Shown piece after piece: positions 1 through 13,031 of a stretch of DNA of 64,000 nucleotides; position 1 is the first letter of the stretch; each line of letters begins with the position of its first letter. Under the pieces are notes generated by a model, which was not told the DNA's origin, searched no databases, and saw only the letters and a program-made list of their open reading frames with translations. The position numbers and the translations under genes are program-made. The stretch comes from Macrostomum lignano (Eukaryota): contig NIVC01003966.1 of the NCBI GenBank assembly GCA_002269645.1, positions 1-64,000 on the forward strand, in the 5' to 3' direction.

Positions 1-1967
1 GCTAGAGTAAAGACAAGTCAAAGTCAAGTTAATAAAAATAGACACACAGTGTAACAATAACAATGGTTTTTAGAGCCATTTTTCTTGTCTGTGTTTGTCT
101 TTGTACATACATGTACATTTGGGAAGACTTATCTGGACCCAATCCTTCTTATTCTACATGTACGCTGTTTTGGGTATGGGGTTAGAGTTGGGCGTCTGAC
201 ACCCCCCTCCCCCCCCTACCATAGTGGACTGGAGAGAAAGAAGCACATGCTATCGCTATTGGCTAGCCTGTCGTTCTCTTTCTCTTTACCTTCTGTCTTG
301 TGTAGCGTACACTATCCAATGCACAAGGCCCAACTTTCCACTAAAGGAAGGTTCATATAGTCCGCCCATGGGCTTCCTCTTGCTTTCGCGTACACTCAAG
401 GCCACTCACTCTCAACACCAGCCACTAGAGGCTTGTTTTAAATAATCGATCGATAATATTAAATGTACACTTGAAAGCTTGCTTTGGATCCTAGCAGAAG
501 GGGGAGAAAGTGGCCAAGGCCACCACACCCCACAAGGCAGGCAGGCCGGCCGAGTGCGATAACGAATGACAAAAAAATAGAAAAGTACAATTTACACATC
601 AACTTTCAATACAATAAATACAATAATAGGTACGGTATTAATGACAGTGTATTTTCGCACAAAGTAGCTACGTTCAAACCACCAGCACGTAAACAGCTAA
701 AATTTCACTGTTTATGAAATTTTATAAAATTTAACACATCATTTTAGATATTGAAAACTTTTAAAGGAGGGTATTACTGTTGCATGTGACTATAAAATCG
801 TGGTAGGTATAGCTGATGATGAAACTGGTGATTGGTATCTAGCTTTTTTGATAACTTAGCCGGTTAGACCCCGAAATAGCTATTGTAATTTGTAACGCTG
901 GAGCCAAATACAAATACAATGGAGCAATTAGTTTCTCTCAAATCTGTCTCTGCCAGTGCCAGTTTAGTCCATAGTAAGTAACCAAAGTAAAATACCCATT
1001 AGTGGTCCCGTTTCTAATGTTTATAAATATTAAGCTTCAGTTTACTTTTGGCACAGTATGCAATTTTGAAAATTCACCCTAATAACGGTTTGCACCAGCA
1101 GGAAAGCAACTATTTTGTTGTTGGAAATCGGATTAAGCAGTCAAAAGAGTGTATTTCTATGAAAAAAAGGTACTTTTTTTCCATTTTTTCAAATATTTAA
1201 ACAGGTTTCGCTCTTTCAATAAAAAAATCATCGCAGTACCTTAAAGTACAGTTAGTTTGGAATTAGATGACGGCGTTGAATTGTTTCTTCCATATTCCAA
1301 AAATTATAATGAGCACTTTTCCTCAAATCAGTTTGAGATCATGATTTTTAGTCTTTCGTCGATAACTTTCTGATTTCAAATGTTTAAGAATTGAAAACTT
1401 CCACACTTGTGTATCTTTGAATTGCGCATCAATTGGTGCATAGTATGTATGCTTAACTATTAGCAGTATAGAAAAAAATGCAAAAAACTGTAAAAGTACA
1501 TTTTCAATTTTTGCATTTTTTGCAACCAAAGTGCCAACTTTTTGATACAATTGAAAAAAACAACCCAATAATGTTATGCATCTTAGTAAGGCGCACCTAT
1601 AACCCTCGAACATTTTTAGCTCGAGTTTTAATGTGCATGAGGAAATGCACTTTTGTAAAGACATAATCTTAAGTCAAACATTTCAACTGAAGCCTGTTCC
1701 TTTTCTCCGCAGTGAATCCATACAAAACTATACTCGTTAAATAGATCAGATTCTTCTCTTTAAAATGACACCTCACTTGTGAAATTCGCACTTGTAGTTT
1801 TGAAGTTACAGCAGTTTTTGTGAGATTTTTCTTGTCATTTTTTCGATGCACACGTCTCATATTATTATATTCGTCACAAGCCAGACCACCCAATGCGCTT
1901 CGCGCATTGGCTGGCTGTTTGTTCCTCATGCTCGGCACTTTGTGCCTCGCGCGTTCGCTCCGCTCAC

Positions 1968-2047
1968 CCCACAAACCCAAGGACACGCGCTTCGCGCGTG
2001 TCCTTGGGTTTGTGGGTTTCGCGGAGCTCACTGGGAACTAGTACTAG
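1968..2047 (+). mobile_element. Helitron-like 3' terminus (perfect 23-bp hairpin followed by CTAG)
   Basis: Arm 1968-1990 (CCCACAAACCCAAGGACACGCGC), TTC loop and exact reverse complement at 1994-2016. CTAG|T follows at 2038-2041 and 2044-2047. A GC-rich hairpin shortly upstream of CTRR is the canonical Helitron 3' end. The 5' end was not identified. Confidence 0.45.
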
Positions 2048-3883
2048 TATGTGTTTTATATAGGGCCTAGGCCTACCAAATTGTACTGAATTGAATACAC
2101 TGCTTTGCTTATACAAATACAAGAAAATATTAGGGTCTAGTATACAAGAAAAGGTCTTAAAAATCTAGAATATTCATCATAATACTTGTGTTAGCAATTT
2201 AACCAGACAAATAGCAAATAGGCTATTTGTCTAGTCACTAGACAAATAACAATTGCCATTTTCTTATTTTTAAGGATAATAAATTATAGACATAAAGCAA
2301 GTCCCGCTTTTCTCACTAGTTGTTTGCACTGATTAAACCATAGTCATAAATAGAAATGCCCTTCAATCAAAGAATGGAAATTCTCCCATCAAGATTTTTT
2401 GTCTAGGCCTATTGACATTGTGGGAGGCAGAGCAATCATCATGAACTTATATAATGAGGGGTTATTTCAGGGTTTTCTTTTTCCCTAGAGACATTGTATA
2501 TAAAGTGCAAAATTGTATCCTATGTTCATTTTCACAGTGATTATAAGGCTCAAACTATAATTTCTCTTTTTTATTCTTAAGGCAATGCAAATAAGGCTTC
2601 AATAAAAAAATAGATATGAGGCTACACTTAAACTGCACCCAATTTTTCATTTCAGGGTGCCATTTTAAAATTTAGTATTCATATGTATACTATATGGAAC
2701 ATCCTTGATACATTTCCAATTTTTATGATGCTCTAAAGAAGCTTATTTCTACAAAAATGGTGAACAGATAATGCTTGTAATTTTATTGATTATTTATTCT
2801 ACCATTTTTTCTACAATTTTCTACCATTTATTACACCATTTAAACCATGAGGTGCATGACCAAATGGCCAAATCTTAAGATAGCCATAGTTCTAAATGGT
2901 CAGTATGGATACAATTGGGTCTTGGTCTATGTGTTTCTTATTGTAAATAAGTAAACATAGGCCTAATACTTAATATAGCAATAGCTAAGGCCTATTAAGT
3001 TGACAATTAAAGGTAAAAAGAGTAGATATAATAAAATTGTTTGAAATAAAAATAAAACAACATTCTACATCAATTTTTTTGGTTTTTAATTCCTTTTAAA
3101 ATCTATACCAAACAATTGTTGTATTATTGCATAGCAATGAAAATATGAAAAAGAAGTAAAAGAAAAGCAAAGTTATATGTGCCTCTGAATTTTAATAAAT
3201 CTTTGGTGTTTGGAATTGGAATTCATGTTTAATAAACATTTTCCACTAATGTATTGATCTAGATAAAAAATATATTTCCAAAATCAATTATTTGCTTTCC
3301 CATTGCTACACCATAATTATTGCCAAAAATTTTTGTGAGTTTAAAAAAACTTTGACTGCAGAACAATAGAAAGTTCATAAATTTCTTTAGTTACCTTCAG
3401 AATGACTAAACATTCTATGTTGTTTAATGTTTATGTTACTTCAAAAAACTGTGTATCACCATATATAATTGCTATGATGTTGCTGCAATTTTGCCAAGCA
3501 AGTTATCGCTAGTAAGGCAAACCAATGACGAGATCTTTGGTTATGTGGGTAGGCCTAAACCTTATTGTCTTATGTAAAACAATGCCCAAAATATTAGAGT
3601 GAGATATATTGTTTAAATAGAAAAAGGCAAAATTGTTCGCATTTCTTTGAAAATTGAACAAATATATATTTGAGCATTTGAACCTCAAAATGATTCATTT
3701 TTATTAAAAAAATATCTGTTATAATTTATTTAATAATGCATATTTTTGTTAAGCTTTCTTTCTAAAAAACTTGTTTGTACTCTTTGCAGTCAAAATCAAA
3801 TACTAAAAGATTTCATTGTTAAAGTCTGCTATCAGCCAGTCTCTATCAGACCACCCCAGAGGTCCCAAGTTCAATACACGGCT

Positions 3884-6800
3884 ATGAACTTGTGGAATTC
3901 TCACACATTCCTGTCGCAAGCTCTAGATGAGCAGCAGCAGCATTCAGCATCAGGGACAGCAGGTGCTGCTCAGGCTTATCACAGTGCATACCAGCATCAA
4001 CAACCAGGCCAGGCTGCAGTCTATCCAGCTAGCAGCGAGGCGCAGGCAGTTATTCAGCAGCCAGTTGAACCATCATTGAGCAGCTCCATCCATCAGCAGC
4101 AGGATGCAGAAGCCGCCTATCATTCCTTACTTGGCATGGCAGAGTCTTTCCGTCTGGCTGGCAACATTCGGATGACGCTGCACTGCTTGCAGGCTGTGCT
4201 GCAGATCCGCCTGCCTGAACTCATCATTGCTAGGTAAGGCTTGATCAGTGCTTAAGTGCAGGTGTAGCAGCGACACTGCACAACCTTCAGGCTATGGTAG
4301 TGACTGCTGTAAGCCTTCAGGGTATGGTAGTGACTGCTGTTAACCTTCAGGGTATGGTAGTGACTGCTGTAAGCCTTCATGGTATGGTAGTGACTGCTGT
4401 TAACCTTCAGGGTATGGTAGTGACTGCTGTAAGCCTTCAGGGTATGGTAGTGACTGCTGTTAACCTTCAGGGTATGGTAGTGACTGCTGTAAGCCTTCAT
4501 GGTATGGTAGTGACTGCTGTTAACCTTCAGGGTATGGTAGTGACTGCTGTAAGCCTTCAGGGTATGGTAGTGACTGCTGTTAACCTTCAGGGTATGGTAG
4601 TGACTGCTGTAAGCCTTCAGGGTATGATAGTGACTGCTGTAAGCCTTCAGGGTATTTTAATGATTGCTGTTTACCTTCAGGGTATGGTTGTGACTGCTGT
4701 AGACCTTCAGGGTATGATAGTGACCTATGTAAGCCTTCAGGGTATGGTAGTGACCTATGTAAGCCTTCAGGGTATGGTAGTGACCTATGTAAGCCTTCAG
4801 GGTATGATAGTGACCTATTTAAGCCTTCAGGGTATGGTAGTGACCTATGTAAGCCTTCAGGGTATTTTAATGACTGCTGTTTACCTTCAGGGTATGGTAG
4901 TGACCTATGTAAGCCTTCAGGGTATTTTAATGACTGCTGTTTACCTTCAGGGTATGGTAGTGACCTATGTAAGCCTTCAGGGTATGCTAGTGACTGTTGT
5001 AAACCTTCAAGGTGTGGTAGTGACCTATGTAAGCCGTTAGACTATGGTAGTGACTGCTGTAAACCTTCGGTGTATTGGTAGTGACCGCTGTAGACCTTCA
5101 GGCTATGGTAGTGACCGCTGTAGACCTTCAGGCTATGGTAGTGACCGCAGTTGACCTTCAGGGTATGCTGTAATGATATAAATCTTCAGGGTATGGAAGT
5201 GACCGATGTTAATCTTCAGGCTATGGTACTGACCGCTTCAGGTTCACCTGGTAGGTTAGTAACTTCCAGGTCACAGGTCCAAATCAGTATAATTTTAAAA
5301 GTCAACTTTCTTTACTTTTTACTGCCAGTAGCATAATGAGCATATCCGATAATTATTTTGTTTAGAACCAAGGTGCAGATCGGGCGGCTGCTGATGCAGC
5401 ACACCACTCGGGCTGGCGCGGAGCGGGCCGCCGCAGCTGCCGCCGCTCACCTGGAAGCGGCCTGGAGTCTGCGCGCCCTGGTGCAATCGCAGGATCCGGT
5501 GGTGTGCCTCGAGGCGGCTGACTTGCTTGTGGACTGCTGGTTGACTGCCGATCCCATGGCTGTTGGGCTGGCCGGTCAGAGGGTCACTCCGCTGCTGGAG
5601 GAGGCCCTGGCAGCCAGTCACGGCCTGCCAGAGTGGTGAGTGCGGATTCTTTATGTAAAAATAATCCCCCATGAAATTTTAATTGTCCCCATTGTTTCCG
5701 ATCTTCCCACTTTTTTCAATGTAATTTTAGAATTTAATAAATTTCAAGAATAGCTTATAAAATTGTTAGTTGCTGAAAATTGCTCATAGGTTTCTAAGAA
5801 TTTCTAAGAATCGCTTATATATATCCAATAATCGTTCATAGGTTTCCAGGAATCGAACAAAGATTTCCAAGAATCACACATAGATTTCTAATAATCGTTC
5901 ATAGATTACCAATAATCGGTCATAGCTTTCCAAGAATCGCTCATTGATATCTAAGAATCGCTCTTTGATATCCAAGAATCGCTCATTGATATCTAAGAAT
6001 CGCTCATAGATTTCCAAGAATCGCTCATTGATATCCAAGAATCGCTCATGTTTCCAAGAATCGCTCATAGATTTCCAAGAATCGCTCATTGATATCCAAG
6101 AATCGCTCATAGGTTTCCAAGAATCGCTCATAGGCTTCCAAGAATCGGTCATAGCTTTCCAAGAATCGCTCATTGATATCTAAGAATCGCTCTTTGATAT
6201 CCAAGAATCGCTCATTGATATCTAAGAACCGCTCATTGATATCCAAGAATCGCTCATTGATATCTAAGAATCGCTCATAGATTTCCAAGAATCGCTCATT
6301 GATATCCAAGAATCGCTCATGTTTCCAAGAATCGCTCATAGATTTCTAAGAATTGCTCATTGATATCCAAGAATCGCTCATGTTTCCAAGAATCGCTCAT
6401 AGATTTCCAAGAATCGCTCATTGATATCCAAGAATCGCTCATGTTTCCAAGAATCGCTCATAGATTTCCAAGAATCGCTCACGCTCATTGATATTCAAGA
6501 ATCGCTCATAGATTTCTAAGAATCGCTCATTGATATTCAAGAATCGCTCATAGATTTCCAAGAATAGTTCACGGTCTTTTAAGAACCGCTCACGGATTTG
6601 CATGCATTGTTTATGGATTTTCTAAGAATTGCTCATAAATTCCCAATAATGGTCATAGAAATGTCTAATAAATCGCATTCAATATCCTTTTCAGGCACTG
6701 CCGGTTCCTTCTGAAACTGGCGCAGCACCTCAGCCAGAGCGATCCGGGCCGAGCTTGCGAATTGCTGGCCCTGGGCTCTCAGTACGCCCAGCAGCACCGA

Positions 6801-9800
6801 AGCGAGTACACCAGAGGCCTGTTCTTGCTGGCCAAATGCCTACTGCTGCTGGCCACACGACAGCTGGCTGAGGTGCACAACAGTCTCACAGTTACATCCA
6901 AGGTTATCGAGGCCATGCAACAGGGCGGTCGGAAACAGGAGGCGCTTAAAATATTTTCTCTTATTATTCAGGTGTGCTAACTGCGGGCTTTGGTGTTTGG
7001 ATGTTTGAGATCTACGTTTCTTAGTTTCACTTAGGTTAGATATCCCATTCCCAGATTGGTTAGATATCCCATCATCAGTTTGGTTAGATATCCCTTTATC
7101 AGTTTTGTTAGATATCCATCATCAGTTTGGTTAGATATCCCATCATCAAATTGGTTAGATATCCCTTCATCAGTTTGGTTAGATATCCCATCATCAGTTT
7201 GGTTAGATATCCCATCATCAAATTGGTTAGATATCCCATCATCAAATTGGTTAGATATCCCATCATCAAATTGGTTAGATATCCCATCATCAGATTGATT
7301 AGATATCCCATTCCCAGATTGGTTAGATATCCCATTCCCAGATTGGTTAGATATTCCATTCCCAGATTGGTTAGATATCCCATCATCAGATTGGTTAGAT
7401 ATCCCATCATCAGATTGGTTAGATATCCCATCATCAAATTGGTTAGATGTCCCATCATCAAATTGGTTAGATATCCCATCATCAAATTGGTTAGATATCC
7501 CATCATCAGATTGGTTAGATATCCCATCATCAGATTGGTTAGATATCCCATCATCAAATTGGTTAGATGTCCCATCATCAAATTGGTTAGATATCCCATC
7601 ATCAAATTGGTTAGATATCCCATCATCAAATTGGTTAGATATCCCATCATCAAATTGGTTAGATATCTCATCATCAAATTGGTTAGATGTCCCATCATCA
7701 AATTGGTTAGATATCCCATCATCAAATTGGTTAGATATCTCATCATCAAATTGGTTAGATGTCCCATCATCAAATCGGTTAGATATCCCATCATCAGTTT
7801 GGTTAAATATCCCACGAGTGTTTTGACACTCGTAGTTTCACGATAAGCCGCATCTATTCCCAAATCCCAGGTGATGAACCACCTGGTCGCCGGTCAGGCC
7901 AAACAGGCCCGGCCAACACTCCGCCAGCTGCAGAAGGCCATCCAAGCATTCTCGGCTATGCAAGACGACCCGGCCCCGGCGCAGTCGGCTCACTCGCAGC
8001 AGCCCAATGCGGCATCCGACACGATGGACCAGTTCGAATGGCTGTCTAGAGAGCACATGTCCGTGCTGGTGTACCTGCTCACCCTGCTGCACAACATGCA
8101 GGAGGCCTATTATGATAAAGTGCAGCGCTACACTGAGAAGGCTTTGACTCAGGTCTGCTTGGGGTTCTGACTGACTCACTTGTTCACTGACTGACTGACT
8201 GACTGACTGACTGACTGACTGACTGACTGACTGACTCGCTCAGTGACTCACTCTGACTCACAAACTCTGACTAGTGGACTCAGTTAAAAATCTTCCTCAT
8301 CAAATTCAGGTGGAGAAGCTCAAAGCCATTGAGGATAATTCTCCCCTACTCACGGTGCTGCACCTGTGCATTCTGGAGCAAAGCTTCCAGTGCCACCTGG
8401 TGTCCGGGAATCGAGTCGCCGCTCTTGAACAAGCTGCCATCAGTCTAAGGATCTGCTCATCCAACAGTTCGCTGTTCCAGCGCAGGGGTCCCCACTGCCA
8501 TGCAATGCTCGGCCTGTACGCCATGACCACCAACTGCTTGGGCGCGGCCGAGAGTCAGTTCCGCCGAGCTCTCTGCCTGTCACCTCGGCCAGACCTGCAC
8601 CAGTTTGTCTGTCTCAACATGGGCCTGGTCATGCTCAGGCAGAACCGGCTGGCAGATTGTAAGAAAGTCCTGACCGACAGCAGTCAGCAATTGGCGGCTG
8701 GACCAGCCCGGCCTACTGGGCACTGCCTGCGTGTTGCCGGCGACTGGGTTGACGGCCTGTTGGCAATGATGCTGGGCGACTTCACCAGGGCCAAGTGAGT
8801 GCTGGATAGACCATGTGTTGTTGTCTAGGAATGTCTGCCCGCCTCTTATTTGTGTCTTGGTGTGGTGTCTTCCCGCCTCAGCATTTGTGTCTTTCCAGGG
8901 TGTCTGCCTGCCTCCTTATCTGTGTCTTTGCGGGTGTCTGCCCGCCTCAGCATTTGTGTCTTTGCGGGGTGTCTGCCTGCCTCAGCATTTGTGTCTTTGC
9001 GGGGTGTCTGCCCGCCTCAGCATTTGTGTCTTTGCGGGATGTCTGCCCGCCTCAGCATTTGTGTCTTTGCGGGGTGTCTGCCCGCCTCAGCATTTGTGTC
9101 TTTGCGGGGTGTCTGCCCGCCTCAGCATTTGTGTCTTTGCGGGTGTCTGCCCGCCTCAGCATTTGTGTCTTTGCGGGTGTCTGCCCGCCTCAGCATTTGT
9201 GTCTTTGCGGGGTGTCTGCCCGCCTCAGCATTTGTGTCTTGGTGTGGTGTCTGCCCGCCTCAGCATTTGTGTCTTTCCAGGGTGTCTGCCTGCCTCCTTA
9301 TCTGTGTCTTTGCGGGTGTCTGCCCGCCTCAGCATTTGTGTCTTTGCGGGGTGTCTGCCCGCCTCAGCATTTGTGTCTTGGTGTGGTGTCTGCCCGCCTC
9401 AGCATTTGTGTCTCTCCAGGGTGTCTGCCTGCCTCCTTATCTGTGTCTTTGCGGGTGTCTGCCCGCCTCAGCATTTGTGTCTTTGCGGGGTGTCTGCCCG
9501 CCTCAACATTTGTGTCTTTGCGGGTGTCTGCCCGCCTCAGCATTTGTGTCTTTGCGGGTGTCTGCCCGCCTCAGCATTTGTGTCTTTGCGGGGTGTCTGC
9601 CCGCCTCAGCATTTGTGTCTTGGTGTGGTGTCTGCCCGCCTCAGCATTTGTGTCTTTCCAGGGTGTCTGCCTGCCTCCTTATCTGTGTCTTTGCGGGTGT
9701 CTGCCCGCCTCAGCATTTGTGTCTTTGCGGGGTGTCTGCCCGCCTCAACATTTGTGTCTTTGCGGGGTGTCTGCCCGCCTCAGCATTTGTGTCTTTGCGG

Positions 9801-11575
9801 GTGTCTGCCCGCCTCAACATTTGTGTCTATGAGGGGTACCTGTCTGTCTCCTTATTTGTGTCTTGATGGGGTGTCTGCCCGAATTCGAAGACTATTTCAG
9901 CACCAATAAAATCCAATTGACCCCCCCCTGTCCTCCCCACACCGTGTCCAGGCTGTGCATCAAGGAGAGCCTGAAGCTGGCCAACTCTGAGAACCTCCGC
10001 CGCCTGCTCACCCTGTCGCTCATTGTGCTCGGGCAAGCTCACTTCGCCACCGCTCAGTACGAGGAGGTGAAGAAAGTTGTTGACGCGGCAGTTCAATTGG
10101 CTGAGCAAATTCCAGATGAGGCGGTGCAGCTGTGGGCCAGCACTCTCATGCGCGACTTGCACAGGGCCGAAGGCAGTCCTCAGCTGGAGACGGCCTGCGC
10201 CCAGCGTCACTCGGCTTTGCTGACGGCCTATCAGACTAGCATTGATCAGGCTGTTAGCGCTCCTGAGCATCAGCTTATCTATGTGAGTTTTCAGACCTTG
10301 ACTTCTTGCATTAGTTGTCCGTTTGAGGGGCCACTCTATGAGTTATTCGGTGTTTTGAGGCGCCATTCCATGAGTTATTGGGTGTTTTGAGGCGCCATTC
10401 CACGAGTTATTGGGTGTTTTGAGGCGCCATTCCATGAGTTATTGGGTGTTTTGAGGCGCCATTCCACGAGTTATTGGGTGTTTTGAGGCGCCATTCCACG
10501 AGTTATTGGGTGTTTTGAGGCGCCATTCCATGAGTTATTGGGTGTTTTGAGGCGCTATTCCATGAGTTATTGGGTGTTTTGAGGCGCCATTCCATGAGTT
10601 ATTGGGTGTTTTGAGGCGCCATTCCACGAGTTATTGGGTGTTTTGAGGCGCTATTCCATGAGTTATTGGGTGTTTTGAGGCGCCATTCCATGAGTTATTG
10701 GGTGTTTTGAGGCGCTATTCCATGAGTTATTGGGTGTTTTGAGGCGCCATTCCATGAGTTATTGGGTGTTTTGAGGCGCCATTCCATGAGTTATTTGGTG
10801 TTTTGAGGCGCCATTCCATGAGTTATTGGGTGTTTTGAGGCGCTATTCCATGAGTTATTGGGTGTTTTGAGGCGCCACTCGATAAGTTATTGGGTGTTTT
10901 GAGGCGCCACTCGATAAGTTATCGGGTGTTTTGAGGCGCCACTCGATGAGTTATTGGGTGTTTTGAGGCGCCACTCGATGAGTTATTGGGTGTTTTGATG
11001 CGCCATTCCATGAGTTATTGGATGTTTTGAGGCACTACTCCATGAGTTATTGGATGTTTTGAGGCGCCATTCCATGAGTTATTGGGTGTTTTGAGGCACT
11101 ACTCCATGAGTTATTGGATGTTTTGAGGCACTACTCCATGAGTTATTGGATGTTTTGAGGCACCACTCCATGAGTCATCAGTTTATTATCAGCTGTCCCG
11201 GTTTTTAAATGTAAACCAATCAAATTCGATAGATATAAAAATCAATAATCCTATAAACCCTTTTCTCACTCCCAGTGGCTGGAGGGTGCACCGCCGGACA
11301 TGGGCAGCGGCAGCCAGCTTCCAGCGGTGCCCCCAATCACCAGCGGCCAATCCGCTGTGCTCCAGCCTCCGCTTCATCAAAGCTATCAGCAGCAGCATTT
11401 CCCCCAGGTCTCCGCTCCGCCAATGCCTTCACAAGCAGCCGCGCCCCCGGCCAGCATGATGGCATCGAGCAGTCAGTACCAGGCCTATTATTCTGCCTAC
11501 CAGCCGCAGCTGTCCACGCAGCAGACTGTGCTGCCGCACCCGCCGCAGTCAGCCGCGCACGATTATTCAGTCTGA
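3884..11575 (+). CDS. MAU2: MAU2/Scc4 cohesin-loader subunit, 7 coding exons, 764 aa
   Basis: Exons 3884-4233, 5366-5635, 6695-6971, 7871-8152, 8310-8794, 9952-10282, 11276-11575 (2295 nt, all GT-AG, phases consistent). Motifs match MAU2: YHSLLGMAESFR..IRMTLHCLQAVL..ARTKVQIG, WHCRFLLKLAQ, SEYTRGLFLLAK, FEWLSREHMSVLVYL, IPDEAVQLWASTLMRDL, PEHQLIYWLEGAPP. The start ATG is less certain than the internal exons. Confidence 0.95.
4282..5232. repeat. 30-bp minisatellite in MAU2 intron 1
   Basis: About 30 copies of GGTATGGTAGTGACTGCTGTAAGCCTTCAG, degenerating at the 3' end. Source of the spurious MVVTAVSLQG ORF. Confidence 0.95.
5795..6600. repeat. 19-21-bp minisatellite in MAU2 intron 2
   Basis: Tandem CCAAGAATCGCTCATTGATAT / CCAAGAATCGCTCATAGATTT variants. 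Confidence 0.93.
7035..7810. repeat. 24-bp minisatellite in MAU2 intron 3
   Basis: Tandem GGTTAGATATCCCATCATCAAATT. Confidence 0.95.
8168..8262. repeat. (CTGA)n microsatellite in MAU2 intron 4
   Basis: ctgactgactga run. Confidence 0.9.
8825..9865. repeat. 33-35-bp minisatellite in MAU2 intron 5
   Basis: Tandem GTCTGCCCGCCTCAGCATTTGTGTCTTTGCGGG(G)T with higher-order variants. Source of three overlapping Cys-rich spurious ORFs. Confidence 0.95.
10335..11175. repeat. 32-bp minisatellite in MAU2 intron 6
   Basis: Tandem GAGGCGCCATTCCATGAGTTATTGGGTGTTTT. Confidence 0.95.
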
Positions 11576-11739
11576 CGCAGGCTTGCTGCCGACTTGCCTC
11601 GCGACGGAGTTTTTTTTAAATTAGTCCAAAAAGATATATTGCAACTCTGATTCTCAGAAGCCTGCCATTCTCCCCATACCCTACGAGATGCCCTAGGGTT
11701 AAGCCTTCTTAGAACTTTGGATTAACTCTCTAATCCTAA

Positions 11740-12105
11740 TATTAACTATTTTTGATATTTGGATTAACTCTCACTAATCATTGGATTAGCTCTCACTAAT
11801 CCTTAGATTAGCTCTCACTGATCCTTGGATTAGCTCTCACTAATCATTGGATTAGCTATCACTAATCATTGGATTAGCTCTCACTAATCCTTGGATTAGC
11901 TCTCACTGATCCTTGGATTAACTCTCACTAATCATTGGATTAGCTCTCACTAATCCTTGGATTAGCTCTCACTGATCCTTGGATTAACTCTCACTAATCA
12001 TTGGATTAGCTCTCACTAATCCTTGGATTAGCTCTCACTGATCCTTGGATTAACTCTCACTAATCCTTGGATTAGCTCCTACGAACCCTTGGATTATCTA
12101 TCACT
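11740..12105. repeat. 22-bp minisatellite downstream of the MAU2 stop
   Basis: Tandem TTGGATTAGCTCTCACTAATCC. Confidence 0.92.
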
Positions 12106-12662
12106 GATATCCTTTCAGATCTCCTGAGAGTCTGGAACTAACTTTCATTGACCTCAGATTCACCTTTCCAGGCTCTTGGAATAATTTCAGGTCCCCACTT
12201 TAAAAGTTTCTTAAAAATTGGCTAATCCAACTCTGAAAAACTTGGCTTAAATCCACATAGAGACTGCAGTATTTTCAACTTGTAAATATCCACCTTGGCC
12301 ACAACAAGTTCCACACTTTGAAAGATGCATCATATATTACTCGCTACTTCAAGTAGTCATCCGCTGTTTATTGTACAAGCGTCATTTTTTGATTAAAAAT
12401 AACTATATACATGGTAAATTTACTTCTGCCAGTGCCTTCTTGTAATTTTTTGTAAATATGCTCTGCGATTTCCAAATAACCTACCTGTAATTCGGTACAG
12501 GTGTATTTACCTAGGCATATACCGCGTTTGAATTAATTTGTTTATCACCAATTTTTCTATGCATATTAATTTTATTATAATGCGTAAGCTGATAATAATG
12601 TACTTCTAGCGAGCACCATTTTTATTATTGCGACTAGTTGTTTAACTTGACATGTACATATA

Positions 12663-13031
12663 CGAGGGGTGTCCAAAAAGTAGTGATACTTTTAACCATA
12701 ACTCTCGCTCTATAGCTTCCTGTGATTTAAAATTTTACGAACTGATAGCAGAAAATCTCTTCTACAGACTGCCTTTTGAATTTTTAAAATTGATACCAGA
12801 TAACAAAAGTTATACCCACGAAAGTAACAGTACCTGTACCACAGAGTTACACAAATTATAGGCTGAGCTTCACGAGATCCATGCCGAGTAAGCTTCGATG
12901 AATTGTTGATTTCGGCTTGTCCAACCTGTCAGCAAAGACATTTATCGATGCCTTCTTAATGAATGAGTGCAGAAGTCGACTATTATAAATTTCGATATAG
13001 TTTGTGTACGAGCCTTTTTGGACACCCCTCG
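12663..13031 (-). mobile_element. Mariner-derived MITE / internally deleted mariner
   Basis: Perfect 18-bp TIR CGAGGGGTGTCCAAAAAG and TA TSD (12661-62, 13032-33). An internal minus-strand relic SINVFADRLDKPKSTIHRSL resembles the mariner transposase HTH. Confidence 0.85.

Noticed and set aside
4294-5040. 248-aa ORF (MVVTAVSLQG)n
   Set aside because: Translation of the 30-bp intronic minisatellite within MAU2 intron 1
7108-7863. ORFs of ~240-250 aa on both strands
   Set aside because: 24-bp minisatellite in MAU2 intron 3
8813-9909. Three overlapping Cys-rich ORFs (338-364 aa) that look like metallothionein- or keratin-associated proteins
   Set aside because: Frames of the 33-35-bp array inside MAU2 intron 5, whose flanking exons splice in frame
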